DNA of 62,410 bases, counting the filler, from Stramenopiles sp. TOSAG23-2 (Eukaryota): assembly GCA_900128395.1 (NCBI GenBank). It is 6 parts of 6 records of this genome, joined end to end, with 100 filler letters (N's around TTAATTAATTAA, not from the genome) between each part and the next. Parts side by side here need not be neighbours in the genome. Positions count along the whole stretch, not along the records: positions 1 to 10,325 come from LT650028.1; positions 10,426 to 20,747 come from LT650029.1; 4 more parts are not named here. One strand, given 5' to 3'. Shown here in pieces: positions 1-11,342 of this stretch. Under the pieces are notes generated by a model, which worked only from the letters and a program-made list of their open reading frames with translations, did not search any database and was not told where the DNA came from. The position numbers were made by a program, and so were the translations under genes. Position 1 is the stretch's first letter, and the number at the start of each line of letters is the position of its first letter.

Positions 1-10
1 TTTAGAACAA

Positions 11-3000
11 TTGTATGAAACGATGATGACGGAACGATTAAAAAGTCATCAAACACGTCAATTTCCATTGGAATGGGTTATCGATGCAGCATTGCGGTTT
101 CGACGGGAAGTTGATATGAAACCATTAGTAACTGTCATAGAAGGAGCAGCGGAAACCAGAGCAAGAGAAAAAGCTGGTTTGCCAGATCCACCTTGGGGCA
201 CGAAAGTTCCAATTCATACGTATGTTGAACATATAGACCCGCGTGATACGGTCCGACTGTCGCCTATTTTAAAGGAACGAGTACAAGATGTTATTGATGA
301 ATATGGACCTCCAAATAAAACAGTTACTTGGGTTCATATGGATGGGCATGAAGAGGAAGTTTCTACACCGCTGAAAAAGCCAGAATTTTGTTTTATAATC
401 AAAACGGCCATTGAACAGAGCCATGTAAATCTATTAAATACATGTGGTCGGACGCCATTGTTCAAATGCGTAGACCCTTTGCGTTTATTGCTAAAACGAG
501 GACATGTCGATTGTGCAAATAATTTATTAAATGAGCATCAAGCCGATACACGAGTTTTAGATCAGAAAAAAGTTTCAGTAGAGGATATAATTCGTGGAAT
601 TCACTATCGCAAGGAAAAGACAGATGAAAATGATGAAGATGCGGATAAATCAAGCAGTGAGGACGAGGATAGCGAGGAGGATGGCGCAGTCGTAACTTCA
701 CCATTACCTACAAGAAATGATGCGGGACACGATAGTGGCAGTGAAATAGAAACGGATAGCGAATCTGAAGATGATGATATTTTTGGCCCTAAGGGTAGGG
801 AACATAAAGTGCATGCATCTTTAAAATTTATGAATAAATGGAGTGATAAAGTTTGGTTTCCACTGAGGAACAAAGCGGAACATCTTCGATCTTGTAAAGC
901 ATGGGCGGAGTATACAAGCGTGGGAAACGATTTTACATTTTTTTTTCACAAGCGTGAAGCTTCGACGCAAATACACACTCCTTTGGTAGTTGAGCAAGTT
1001 CAAAAAGAACTCCTTGGATGGGCATTGCTGCGAGAGCAATCGGATTTAGTACAAACAGATACGCATGGCTGGATTGAGTTTATAGACAAGAATGCAACAG
1101 GGGAGCCTTTCTACTATTATCCACAAATGAGAAAAAGCCAATGGAGCAGACCTGTGACATTTGAACCATTGGAAGATTCTAAAGAAGGACTTTCAATCGC
1201 AGCTGAGAAAGAGCGCCAAAAATTGTTAGATGAAAAGACAAAATTAGGGTGGGCGCGTCTGAGTGCTATGAATAAGGAAGAATGGGCTGAATTTCGGCGA
1301 GATTCTACGAAATTGCGAAAAATTGGCCAACTTGATGAATATAGACATGATGAAAGTGGTGGCTTATTTTACTATTCCGAGGATGCTGAAGACAGTGTAT
1401 GGGAAAAACCGAAGGAATTTTTAGCGTTAGAAAAAAGGAAATATAGTTGGCATCTGATTAATCACATGAGCAGAGCAAGATGGCAAGATTTGCTAGATAG
1501 GTCTGAAACAATTAGGCAAATCGATGAATATCATGAGAAAAGGGAGGAAAGGCATGGTTTAATCTTCTATTATAACGAAGACATGGACGTTTGTGATTGG
1601 GCAAAACCGCAAGCCGTTTTACAAGAGGAACAAAATAGATTTGGGAACGAAGTTGGTGGGGAAACTATTGATGATTGGGAAAGAGTTGCGCGTTCATCCA
1701 CATCGCTTCGTACGCTAGCCGCGTGGGAAGAGTTCAGAAACGAAGCTCATGGCGTAATATTCTATGTTAGCACTCGTGGTTATGGTGGTAGTTGGATGAA
1801 ACCAGATAAATTTCTTCGTGCAGAGAAGCGTCACCATGGGTTTGAACTCTTTGCAACACAGGAGTTTGAAGATTATGAAAAATTGAGGAAAAGATCAAAA
1901 CGATTGCGATCAGTTGATCCATGGGAGGAGTGGAGAGATGAAGTTACTGGAGTAGTTTATTATTTTCACAAGCATGAAGAAAATACACAATGGAAAAAAC
2001 CGCATACGATTGTTAAAGCAGAGCAACAACGTAATTTGTGGACACGCAGATACGAATTGTCATCGGAAATTGAAAAAATAGGCCCTTGGGAAGTTAGGCG
2101 AGATAACAATAGTAAAACGGAAGAGGAGGGCATGTGGTGGACAAATACAGAGACTTGTGTGGTTCTGAGCGAACGACCAGCTGAAATGGATGAAGAAGAT
2201 CGTCGTATGCGCCGAAAGCATGCTTTGACGCGGACACAAACGGATGAAGAGTGGAAACAAATGCACGCTGAAGCTGATATTATGCGGGCTGTTGGGCCTT
2301 GGGAAGAATTACACCATCACCCTACCGGTTCGCTGTTCTATTTTAATTCTGACACGGATCGCTATCATTGGGAAAAACCAGAGGAGTTATTGTTAGCAGA
2401 AAAAACAAAACGCGGGACCGATTTAGTTGCAAAAGAGAGACCTGAAGATTGGAGACGAATTCGGACTGAATCTGAAGTGTTACGTACTGTTGGTGATTGG
2501 TCCGAGCTTAGAAATGAGGAAACAGGAATCGTTTTTTACTTCAATTCTACTAGTGTGCAATCATTATGGCATAGGCCAGATGCAATTAAAGAATTAGAGC
2601 AGAAAAAACGTGGATGGTGGATGGTCAACAAACAAACAAGAGAGCAATGGGATCAAATGATTGGTGGGTCTACTTTGCTTCGTGAATTTGAGGCAATGCA
2701 AGAATGGCGTCATCGTGAGACACTAGCAATTTTCTACAATGATATTGTCACTGAAACGACTTCATGGGATAAGCCAGCTATTTTGGTTAAACATGATCGT
2801 GATTCATTAGCTCCTGAAATGGGAGGGTGGTCAGACAGGGAATGGGGATTGGTACGCATGCGGTCGGAAAAAATGCGACGCGTCAATGCATGGCATGAAT
2901 TGCGTGACGGTGCTACCTCTGTTATATTTTATTACAATGACGATACTGGACATTATCAACTGAATAAATCTGAACCTGTATTAGAAAACGAGAAGAGAAA

Positions 3001-6000
3001 AAGGGCATGGACTCTGGTACGGAAACAAAAACATGGTGATTGGGCCGAAATGCGATCCCATAGTAGTGTATTACGAAATGTCTTACATTATCAAGAATTA
3101 AGAGACGATCTTACGCAAGCAGTGTTTTACTACGATACGAAAAGTCCTGTTGGTCAATGCAGCTGGAAAAAACCAGATGAACTGTGGGAATATGAAAAAG
3201 TTGAACGTGGGAGGCAAATTGTTAAAAATCAACCTCCAGAAGATTGGTTAGATTTACGCTTACGAGCGCAAGAAATTCGTCGTATTAAGCGTTGGTTCGA
3301 GTTTCGTGAACCAGATACCGGGATGACGTTTTATTTTAATGATGATACAGAAGAAAGCAGTTGGGAAAAGCCAATTGAAATAATTGATTACGATGCTATC
3401 TCAAGGGGTTGGCAGAGAATTTTGAACGAATCGAAGGATGTGGAAGAAACTCACCTTGATGGTAAGTGGGAAGAAATTATCGAGGATAGATTTGGGGCAA
3501 CGTTTTATAAGAATACAAAGGAACTTCGTTGTGCAAAATTACCATTTTGTCAATGGGCTAAACCACAAGACATCATTGATGTAGAAGATGCTGAGCGACT
3601 TAAAATTAAATTGAATAGACCGATTGCGCTATGTGAAGAATTTATCTCCGATGTCACCAATTGGACGAGAATTTTACAGCGTAGCAAAAAAATTCGAAAT
3701 AAGCCGTATCTAAACAATGGTTGGGTAGAATACTTTGATGATTACTCTGGGATTCACTTCTTTCATAAAGAAGATCAACTTGGTCAAAATAATCCATACT
3801 CAGATAGCATAGAGCTGAAGCAAAATTCTTTAGACGGTGGTGGTAGCGGATTTAAAGGAATTGGCCAAGCATCATCGATTGCGGAGGTTCAGGTTTCTTT
3901 CGTTAAACCACACGCATTTCGAAAATACGATCGGAAAATGTTCTTTTGGGCTACTCTCATTCGACGCTCGATAAAATTACGCACGTTTACACAGAAAGGC
4001 TGGACGGAATACGTGGATACGCGGTTGAACGATTACTTTTATGTTCATGAGAAAGACGAGTTGCGTTCATGGAAAAAGCCGAGTGAAATTTTGAAAGATG
4101 ACGAAGATGAGGCATGGGAGGTAATCATTGCTGATGTAGAGCAGGTCTTAGGTCATGAGCAACGTGGTCCTAGTGGTTGGAAAGTTATGAGACACAAATT
4201 ATCTAAGCAACAAGTGTATCATCACAAACATCTAGGTTGTACATGGATTAAACCACAAGCAGTAATTGATGATAGTAGGGCGTTACAGCGTAAAAAGAAA
4301 GAATTGGAAGACTTAGAAAGAAGGAGCAAGACTTTAGAAAGGGATAAAGCAGATGCAAAAAGAATCGGTGGGTACCTAGCCCATGCCAAGAAAATTAAGG
4401 AAAGCATCGTATTAGCTAGTGAAAATTTGCTAGATGACAATTTTGAAAGTGATCAAGAGGATGATGACGAGGATATGACACAAGAGGAAAAACATTTGTT
4501 AAAATTAAAACGAAGGCGTGAACGTTTAGCGTTAGTGTTGGAAGAAGATGATAGATTAAGAAGAAATAAAAAGAAAAAGAAAAATATGACGCGTAGAAAA
4601 CGCCGTTTAGGGGAAAGGTTGGCTCATTCAAAACAATTATTATCAGAAATCCATTTATTTGTTGAAGAAGCCACAGAAAGAAAGAATTTGGGATTTCAAA
4701 TATGTACATGGGGTTGTGGTGAGTGGCTATTGATGGCGGAGCAAAAGCATCATGTGGCAAATACTTGCCCCAAGCGGATGCTGCCTTGTAATTTGAAGTG
4801 TGGACTCTTTCTTCGAGCTGAATTTTGGGATTGGGCTGGAACTAGGGAAACACATGAAGAAAATGAATGTGTCAAAAGAAAGGTCATGTGTCCACAAGGT
4901 TGTAAAAAAGCGGTTGTGTTTGAAGATTTGGAAGTTCATTGTCAAACCCAATGTGCAAAAAGACGTATTCCACCATTGCATTGTCGTCTAGATTGTGGTA
5001 TGGTGTGGATTGGCGGTATGGATAGGTACAAAGCTATGTTGCAGGAACGAGAAGAGCATGAGAAAGAAGAATGCCAAGAAAGAATTGTCCAATGTGATTG
5101 GGTCAATATCAAGAAGGATAACATGCGATGCATGGCAGAGGTTAAAGCTAAAGATCTTCGAGCACATCGACAAGAACATGTTAAAACATTTGGTATCAGT
5201 TATTTCAGAGTACATGGTGGGCATTCTTACAAAGTTCCACGTAAGACGAAAGAGTTAAAGTTTCAACTATGGGGAGGTGGTGGCGGTGGTGGGCATTTAT
5301 TTGGTAGTAACGGTGGTGGTGGAACCGGTGGGGGTGGTGGTTATATTGAGGGTATTTTAAAAGTAACACCTGGAGAAACACTAGACATTGTTGTAGGAGC
5401 TGGTGGTGATGGTGGTGTTCACGGAACATTAATTCCAAATAAAAATTCGTTGGCAGAAGCTAAATACGATATGGGTATTGCATATGGTGGTGAACCTGGT
5501 GGCGGTAATGGATATGCATCCAATGGTGCATGGGCTGCTGGTGCTGGAGGAGGATTTACTGCAATTTTTCGAAATGGACCATGGGGCAAAGAGACTATCC
5601 TTGTCGCTGGTGGCGGCGGAGGTGGTGGTTCAAGAAATGGTTGTCCAGGAGGAGGATTTGAAGGTGGCCAAACGGCTGATGATCCAAGAAATGGCAAAGG
5701 CGGTACACAACTTGAAGGTGGTGAAGGTGGCCATTTTCCATTAAATGAAAATTGGTCCTGGGATGGCGATGAAAATAATATTATAGGTAAAGAGGGTGGG
5801 CAATGGCAAGGTGGACATGGATCAATTTTTGGTGCAGGTGGTGGAGGTGGTTTCTTTGGTGGTGGTGGTGGTGGATCAACACCAGGTATTGTTGGTGGCG
5901 GCGGTGGTGGTTCGTCTTACGCAAGTGACGCTGTTAAGCATGTTGTAACTTTAATTGGTGAAGTTGATCAGCCAGGTGGTATGAATAGAAAACCACCAAC

Positions 6001-6136
6001 TGCGGTTGGTTTGGGAGAGTGGGACCCAATTGCGGGATTTGCTGGGCAAGGTGGCCCTGCAAACGAAAAAATGGTTGAACGTGGTAGAGATGGTTGTGTC
6101 ATTATTCGAACACCAGGGTTTTATCAATTAGACTGA
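11..6136 (+). CDS. Giant multidomain protein, probably 5'-partial: ankyrin-like segment, ~17 WW-like repeats, coiled coil, TRAF-type zinc fingers, C-terminal glycine-rich domain
   Basis: 2041-aa ORF open from the contig edge. Repeats W-x-E-x-x-D/H-x-x-TG-x-x-FYYN-x(5-6)-W-x-KP; CTWGC/CNLKC/CPQGC/CRLDC..H...C fingers; LWGGGGGGG...GGGGGSSY tail. Confidence 0.85.
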   Translation: MYETMMTERLKSHQTRQFPLEWVIDAALRFRREVDMKPLVTVIEGAAETRAREKAGLPDPPWGTKVPIHTYVEHIDPRDTVRLSPILKERVQDVIDEYGPPNKTVTWVHMDGHEEEVSTPLKKPEFCFIIKTAIEQSHVNLLNTCGRTPLFKCVDPLRLLLKRGHVDCANNLLNEHQADTRVLDQKKVSVEDIIRGIHYRKEKTDENDEDADKSSSEDEDSEEDGAVVTSPLPTRNDAGHDSGSEIETDSESEDDDIFGPKGREHKVHASLKFMNKWSDKVWFPLRNKAEHLRSCKAWAEYTSVGNDFTFFFHKREASTQIHTPLVVEQVQKELLGWALLREQSDLVQTDTHGWIEFIDKNATGEPFYYYPQMRKSQWSRPVTFEPLEDSKEGLSIAAEKERQKLLDEKTKLGWARLSAMNKEEWAEFRRDSTKLRKIGQLDEYRHDESGGLFYYSEDAEDSVWEKPKEFLALEKRKYSWHLINHMSRARWQDLLDRSETIRQIDEYHEKREERHGLIFYYNEDMDVCDWAKPQAVLQEEQNRFGNEVGGETIDDWERVARSSTSLRTLAAWEEFRNEAHGVIFYVSTRGYGGSWMKPDKFLRAEKRHHGFELFATQEFEDYEKLRKRSKRLRSVDPWEEWRDEVTGVVYYFHKHEENTQWKKPHTIVKAEQQRNLWTRRYELSSEIEKIGPWEVRRDNNSKTEEEGMWWTNTETCVVLSERPAEMDEEDRRMRRKHALTRTQTDEEWKQMHAEADIMRAVGPWEELHHHPTGSLFYFNSDTDRYHWEKPEELLLAEKTKRGTDLVAKERPEDWRRIRTESEVLRTVGDWSELRNEETGIVFYFNSTSVQSLWHRPDAIKELEQKKRGWWMVNKQTREQWDQMIGGSTLLREFEAMQEWRHRETLAIFYNDIVTETTSWDKPAILVKHDRDSLAPEMGGWSDREWGLVRMRSEKMRRVNAWHELRDGATSVIFYYNDDTGHYQLNKSEPVLENEKRKRAWTLVRKQKHGDWAEMRSHSSVLRNVLHYQELRDDLTQAVFYYDTKSPVGQCSWKKPDELWEYEKVERGRQIVKNQPPEDWLDLRLRAQEIRRIKRWFEFREPDTGMTFYFNDDTEESSWEKPIEIIDYDAISRGWQRILNESKDVEETHLDGKWEEIIEDRFGATFYKNTKELRCAKLPFCQWAKPQDIIDVEDAERLKIKLNRPIALCEEFISDVTNWTRILQRSKKIRNKPYLNNGWVEYFDDYSGIHFFHKEDQLGQNNPYSDSIELKQNSLDGGGSGFKGIGQASSIAEVQVSFVKPHAFRKYDRKMFFWATLIRRSIKLRTFTQKGWTEYVDTRLNDYFYVHEKDELRSWKKPSEILKDDEDEAWEVIIADVEQVLGHEQRGPSGWKVMRHKLSKQQVYHHKHLGCTWIKPQAVIDDSRALQRKKKELEDLERRSKTLERDKADAKRIGGYLAHAKKIKESIVLASENLLDDNFESDQEDDDEDMTQEEKHLLKLKRRRERLALVLEEDDRLRRNKKKKKNMTRRKRRLGERLAHSKQLLSEIHLFVEEATERKNLGFQICTWGCGEWLLMAEQKHHVANTCPKRMLPCNLKCGLFLRAEFWDWAGTRETHEENECVKRKVMCPQGCKKAVVFEDLEVHCQTQCAKRRIPPLHCRLDCGMVWIGGMDRYKAMLQEREEHEKEECQERIVQCDWVNIKKDNMRCMAEVKAKDLRAHRQEHVKTFGISYFRVHGGHSYKVPRKTKELKFQLWGGGGGGGHLFGSNGGGGTGGGGGYIEGILKVTPGETLDIVVGAGGDGGVHGTLIPNKNSLAEAKYDMGIAYGGEPGGGNGYASNGAWAAGAGGGFTAIFRNGPWGKETILVAGGGGGGGSRNGCPGGGFEGGQTADDPRNGKGGTQLEGGEGGHFPLNENWSWDGDENNIIGKEGGQWQGGHGSIFGAGGGGGFFGGGGGGSTPGIVGGGGGGSSYASDAVKHVVTLIGEVDQPGGMNRKPPTAVGLGEWDPIAGFAGQGGPANEKMVERGRDGCVIIRTPGFYQLD

Positions 6137-6440
6137 AGAAGTTGAGATAAGATATATATAATCAACCAAGATATTACTCCTCTTGTATGATACGCGTATG
6201 ATATTTAATTATTTAATTAATGCATTAACTTATTTTTTAATTTACTCATGTTAATTAATATGTATAAAAATAAATGATGTGTACGCGCTATTTTGTTACC
6301 AACACTTTTATTTTTATAAAAAAAAATGTAAAAATATATTTATACAAGATGCATCATACGAGGCGTATAACTTTTAAGCGTAGAATATTATTGGATACGA
6401 AGTATAATATTAACTTTAAGATTTTAACCCCATCATCATT

Positions 6441-7472
6441 TTACCGACCTCGCTTCTTTTTAGAAACAGGTTTTTTTGAATCTTTTCGCTTGCGTTTGTG
6501 TTTAATTCGTAAATAAGCTCCAAATTTTGCTTTTTCACCTTGAAACCTATTGCCACTACGTTTATTACTATTATTATTATTATTATTATTCTTATTGTTG
6601 TTGTTACCATCTCCCATATTTTTCTTTGTTTTTTTCTCCATTGCTTTTTGTTTTTTCTCTTCTAATTGTTTTTTATTCACAACTTTCGTTATACGTAGTT
6701 GACGTGATTCAAATTGAGTGCCATTTAATGCAAGTGCTTCTTTTACATATGAACGGTCTGAAAATGCAATATATCCAAAACCTTTTCCAACGTTTTTTGC
6801 TTTATCCCTAATTAACCTCACATTTATTATACATTCATCTCCCCCACTTATACCTAAAGCAAATATCTGCCTTAATGCCTCTTCTGATGCATCAAAAGGT
6901 ATATTTCCAACAAAAACACTTTTTTTTGTAGATGCTATTCCACTAGTTGATTCAGAAACACTATCTATACGTAGATGGTTACCATGGAATATACTATTAT
7001 TACTTTCCAAAGCTTTTGCAACACTATCCTTGTTTTTAAATACAACGTATGCATTGCAAGTATCTTTCACATCGCGATTTACTTTACCTTGGATAACACT
7101 AGCTTTACGGAATAATTTATAATTATTAGCTTCACTAACTTTTGTTCCAACGACAGCAACAGATCTTATACGTACAGACTCAACTGGTCCATGTTTTTTA
7201 AAAAATTTAATAATTTCTTTCGATTTAATATCTACTGGAACATTTCCAACAAAAATAGTCCTGGCATCCTTCGCTTTTTTTTCTTCACGAGTTATTGAAT
7301 GTTTTTTTCTCTTCTTGTTTTTATCATTTTTTTTAATACGCTTCTTTTTATTTGCTAAATCTTCTTTTAACTTTTCATTATCAACTTTAACTAATTCTGG
7401 TTTATATGCTTGTACAGTTTTATCTGTTAATGTGGATGATAATAAGCCTGGTGTGTATTTACTATCGCTCAT
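6441..7472 (-). CDS. RBM34: RNA-binding protein 34 / Nop12-like nucleolar protein with two RRMs
   Basis: RTIFVGNVP...VESVRIRS...NAYVVF and SVFVGNIPF...GKGFGYIAF RRM motifs; Lys-rich termini. Confidence 0.85.
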   Translation of the reverse strand: MSDSKYTPGLLSSTLTDKTVQAYKPELVKVDNEKLKEDLANKKKRIKKNDKNKKRKKHSITREEKKAKDARTIFVGNVPVDIKSKEIIKFFKKHGPVESVRIRSVAVVGTKVSEANNYKLFRKASVIQGKVNRDVKDTCNAYVVFKNKDSVAKALESNNSIFHGNHLRIDSVSESTSGIASTKKSVFVGNIPFDASEEALRQIFALGISGGDECIINVRLIRDKAKNVGKGFGYIAFSDRSYVKEALALNGTQFESRQLRITKVVNKKQLEEKKQKAMEKKTKKNMGDGNNNNKNNNNNNNSNKRSGNRFQGEKAKFGAYLRIKHKRKRKDSKKPVSKKKRGR

Positions 7473-8149
7473 TTTTATATTTATGTATGTATATTAGGTA
7501 TACTTATTAATATGACTGTGTATATATCTTAGTTATAAGAAATATCTTGTGATCTATATGTTTGATATCTATCTGTGTCTACGTATTTCTTTTTTTATTA
7601 TGTATACGATTCTATTTTCTAGTCTGTAATCCTTCCTTTTGTGTATATTACACCTGTGTGGTATATAATACCAGGTTAGTAGTATAATATTGATTGATGA
7701 AATAATAATCCGAATGGATGGTGTGAAGGGCACTTTTTATTTTTTGAGGATAATAATATACTATCGCCCTACTATTATACTGTCCTGTCGTATGTAGGTA
7801 GCATTCAGGCATTCGACATACGAAACTCTTGGCATTCTTATATAATATTTTTCCATACTGTATAGTCTTATTTATTTAGCATGGATACAGCCAACACTAA
7901 AGTATGAACGATTTCGCGAATTTTTCCTTTGCGTATACCAGTGTTATAATACCTTAACCAGGTACCACCATAATTAAATAAAATACTATTATTTTTTATG
8001 TATAGTATCAATAGTTGCATTATTACATATAATACAATCATAGCCATATATATCTTATTTTGTAATGTCACATATCTTTTGCAAAACTGATGAAGAATAT
8101 TGATAAATCACAATATACATATACCATACGAATAATAATAAAAAAGAAG

Positions 8150-9919
8150 ATGACGGAGGAAATATCAAATGAGTTCCTATCACCCTTTGGTGATATTGAA
8201 ATTGTGGAAAGTGATGAAGAGGAAGTCAAAGAAATACCATATACAGATTATGGTTTTACAAGTGAAGAGTTGGAAACGGCAATAAAAGTATTGAAATGTC
8301 TTGCTGTTGATAAGGAATTAAAATTATTTAATGAGCGCCGGGTTAAACCTTTGAGACAAGCATTGATTCCTTTGCTCGGGGAAATGAGCTCTAGATTTCC
8401 GGTAAATCCAGACAAATTGGCAAGGAGGAAAGAAGCAAAGGCAATAAAAAACGCTAGGAAACAACGTCAAATGAGGCAAGATGCACAATACATTGATGCA
8501 TCAAAACTACGTGCGAAACGATTATTAGAGTTACAAGCGTTACAAAAAGGCGATGATAATGGCGTTCGTCTATTAGTTCCAGATGGCGCTGTAGTTGAAC
8601 ATGTAAATATTAATAATACGCTAAATGATATCAAAAATGATAATGATATCAAAAATGATAATGATGATGAGAACTTACTTATTCGACCACGCTCATGTTA
8701 CACCTGTAAAGTACGATATTATAAATTACACCATTTTTACGATCAATTATGCCCTGCATGTGCAACATTAAGTTATGAAAAGCGGTTGCAAACTGCTGAT
8801 CTAAGAGGTAAAATTGCATTGGTAACGGGGGGACGTGTAAAAATTGGATTTCAAATTGTATTGAAATTATTAAGAGCTGGTGCACAAGTTATAGTAACGA
8901 CACGTTTTCCAAATGATTGTGCAAGACGATTTGCTGACCTTGATGATTATGATCAATTTTATGATCGAATTTCAATTTTTGGACTTGATTTTAGATACAT
9001 ACCTGGTGTAGAGAGATTTTGTGGATATTTATGTAACACATTACCAAGATTAGATATAATCATAAACAATGCATGCCAAACTATACGACGACCACCAGCA
9101 TATTATAAGCATTTAATGAATGTTGAAAGAATGCCAAGAGATGAAATGCCAAAGCAATGGTTACCAATGTTGGGAACCAATCCTACTCAATATATTAATA
9201 ATGGCTCAACAACAACAACAACAATTGATAATAGCTCTACCAAAAAAACATCATCCATTCAGGCATCATCGTCGTCATTGTTAGGGATGAAACACAACAA
9301 AGAATTTGGCATTTTATCAGCACCAGAGATGAGCCAAATTCCTTTAATGCAAGAAGATAATGATACAGCATCGTTTCTAACGGAAAATTTAGATGTTAAT
9401 CAACAACAAATTGATTTAAGAAAACATAATAGTTGGCTTTTGAAATTAGAGGAAGTGAATACGCCAGAATTATTAGAATGTGTCTCTGTTAATATGATGA
9501 CCCCATTTATTATTAATTCTCGTTTAAAGAAATTAATGTGTAAAGAAATATGTCTCCATTTAAATAAATTCATTGTCAATGTGAGTGCAATGGAAGGAAA
9601 ATTTTATCGATATAAAACACCAAATCATCCTCATACAAATATGGCAAAAGCGGCAATTAATATGATGACACGAACTTCATCAGAGGATTATGCTAAATCA
9701 AATATATTTATGAATTCTATTGATACGGGTTGGATTAATGATGAAAATCCATTGGAAAAAGCAAGAAAAATTTTTGAAGAGAGTAATTTTCAAACACCTA
9801 TCGATGAGATTGATGCTGCTAGTAGAGTATTAGATACCGTGATGACAGGTGTAAATATGGGGATTGGATTATGCCCATATGGTAAATTTTATAAAGATTT
9901 TAAAGAATCAGAGTGGTGA
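8150..9919 (+). CDS. SDR-family oxidoreductase with N-terminal CxxC...CxxC zinc-binding module
   Basis: CYTCK...LCPAC; ALVTGGRVKIG; IIINNACQT; NVSAMEG; HPHTNMAKAA; DTGWI. Start placed at the ATG at 8150 (track start 8090). Confidence 0.85.
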   Translation: MTEEISNEFLSPFGDIEIVESDEEEVKEIPYTDYGFTSEELETAIKVLKCLAVDKELKLFNERRVKPLRQALIPLLGEMSSRFPVNPDKLARRKEAKAIKNARKQRQMRQDAQYIDASKLRAKRLLELQALQKGDDNGVRLLVPDGAVVEHVNINNTLNDIKNDNDIKNDNDDENLLIRPRSCYTCKVRYYKLHHFYDQLCPACATLSYEKRLQTADLRGKIALVTGGRVKIGFQIVLKLLRAGAQVIVTTRFPNDCARRFADLDDYDQFYDRISIFGLDFRYIPGVERFCGYLCNTLPRLDIIINNACQTIRRPPAYYKHLMNVERMPRDEMPKQWLPMLGTNPTQYINNGSTTTTTIDNSSTKKTSSIQASSSSLLGMKHNKEFGILSAPEMSQIPLMQEDNDTASFLTENLDVNQQQIDLRKHNSWLLKLEEVNTPELLECVSVNMMTPFIINSRLKKLMCKEICLHLNKFIVNVSAMEGKFYRYKTPNHPHTNMAKAAINMMTRTSSEDYAKSNIFMNSIDTGWINDENPLEKARKIFEESNFQTPIDEIDAASRVLDTVMTGVNMGIGLCPYGKFYKDFKESEW

Positions 9920-10086
9920 AATAATGCATCATATACATGTAGTTTGACGTATAATTTAGCAGAGAATAAATTGTTCCATTTTAAATATTTTAAATATTTT
10001 AAAATATGATACGAGTACGTACGAACTATATATTACGCTCGTGTACATATATATACTTTCGTATATATTTATGATGGTTAAAATCT

Positions 10087-10125
10087 AAGTTATAATAATT
10101 TTACACTTCTCGTGTTAAGTAATAT
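10087..10125. repeat. Dispersed repeat, second copy at 19238-19276 on another contig
   Basis: AAGTTATAATAATTTTACACTTC(T/C)CGTGTTAAGTAATAT, one mismatch between copies. Confidence 0.8.
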
Positions 10126-10325
10126 ATATGTGTGCGCCTAATATATCGTATTCGTATAAAAATACGATAAAAATTATGGTGCGCGGTAAATTATAAAATT
10201 GATACTCGTAATATCATATATGTCTATATATACGTATACGAAGTATTATTTTCTCTTATACTCATATCATATTATATTATATAAATTTCTTTTACTCCCG
10301 GAAATTAACATCTCAAATCATATAT

Positions 10326-10425
10326 NNNNNNNNNNNNNNNNNNNNNNNNNNNNNNNNNNNNNNNNNNNNTTAATTAATTAANNNNNNNNNNNNNNNNNNN
10401 NNNNNNNNNNNNNNNNNNNNNNNNN
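10326..10425. other. Artificial contig linker
   Basis: 44 N + TTAATTAATTAA (stops in all six frames) + 44 N. Confidence 0.99.
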
Positions 10426-10713
10426 TGGACGAAAATTCGATCCATTTAACACTAATAACAATGAATGGTACGCACTTTAATTATAATTATTATAATACCA
10501 GGTAAAGTTACTGTAAGCTGCTATAAGCTGCTGGGGCATCACACAGTAGAGGCTAGAGGCAGCATCATCACATGAAAACATGAAAACATATAGAAACAAA
10601 TATCAAAAAACAACAAAAAAGATATGATATATGATTGTTCCCCATATTACTACTTAGATATAATATGAATAAATATTGTTTTCAAACGGTTTCAGTATTA
10701 TTATGTCCCAGGT

Positions 10714-11094
10714 ATGGCTGTTGCATTTTTAATGGTATTATTATTTTTATTGTTTTGCTTCATTTCAACTAATGCATGTTCCGATCCAAATCATCACCAT
10801 CATCAATTAAACAACTTGAACTCATTCCCACGTCGGAGTGATGTCCTTTTAACATCACGATCACCACATCTCCAACCGCCATTTCCAACTGGTGTTGGGT
10901 CTGGTTCTGGTGAATATAGTACATGGGATGCAGCCCGATTGTTTCATGCAACACGACTTGACTGGGTATATACATTGAATTCAACATTTGTTTCAGAGGC
11001 ACATTCCAATTTGCATAATCTTTCAATTGTTAGTTTAGCTATGAATCCACAAATACCTGATGCCTATTTCCAATTTCTATGCCCTGTTGAGTAA
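10714..11094 (+). CDS. Secreted protein, probably truncated N-terminal fragment of a larger enzyme
   Basis: Hydrophobic signal peptide (MAVAFLMVLLFLLFCFISTNA) followed by globular-looking sequence (FHATRLDWVY) that ends abruptly. Confidence 0.5.
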   Translation: MAVAFLMVLLFLLFCFISTNACSDPNHHHHQLNNLNSFPRRSDVLLTSRSPHLQPPFPTGVGSGSGEYSTWDAARLFHATRLDWVYTLNSTFVSEAHSNLHNLSIVSLAMNPQIPDAYFQFLCPVE

Positions 11095-11342
11095 AAAATG
11101 GAATGTTAGAGGCCGAAAAATCGAGAAAATCGAAAATCGAAAGAGTGAAAAAGAGAAGAGCAATTTGTTGATTATAATAATACACTGTTATTATAGACAT
11201 ACTACCATACTACTACTACTATATAAAAATACGTTTTGACATATTTCTTAAAAGTGCGTGAATTTTTATAGCAGATACCAGGTTATCTATTTATATTTTA
11301 TAGCTACATACCGGGTAAACAACGTAATATTAATACCTTAAT

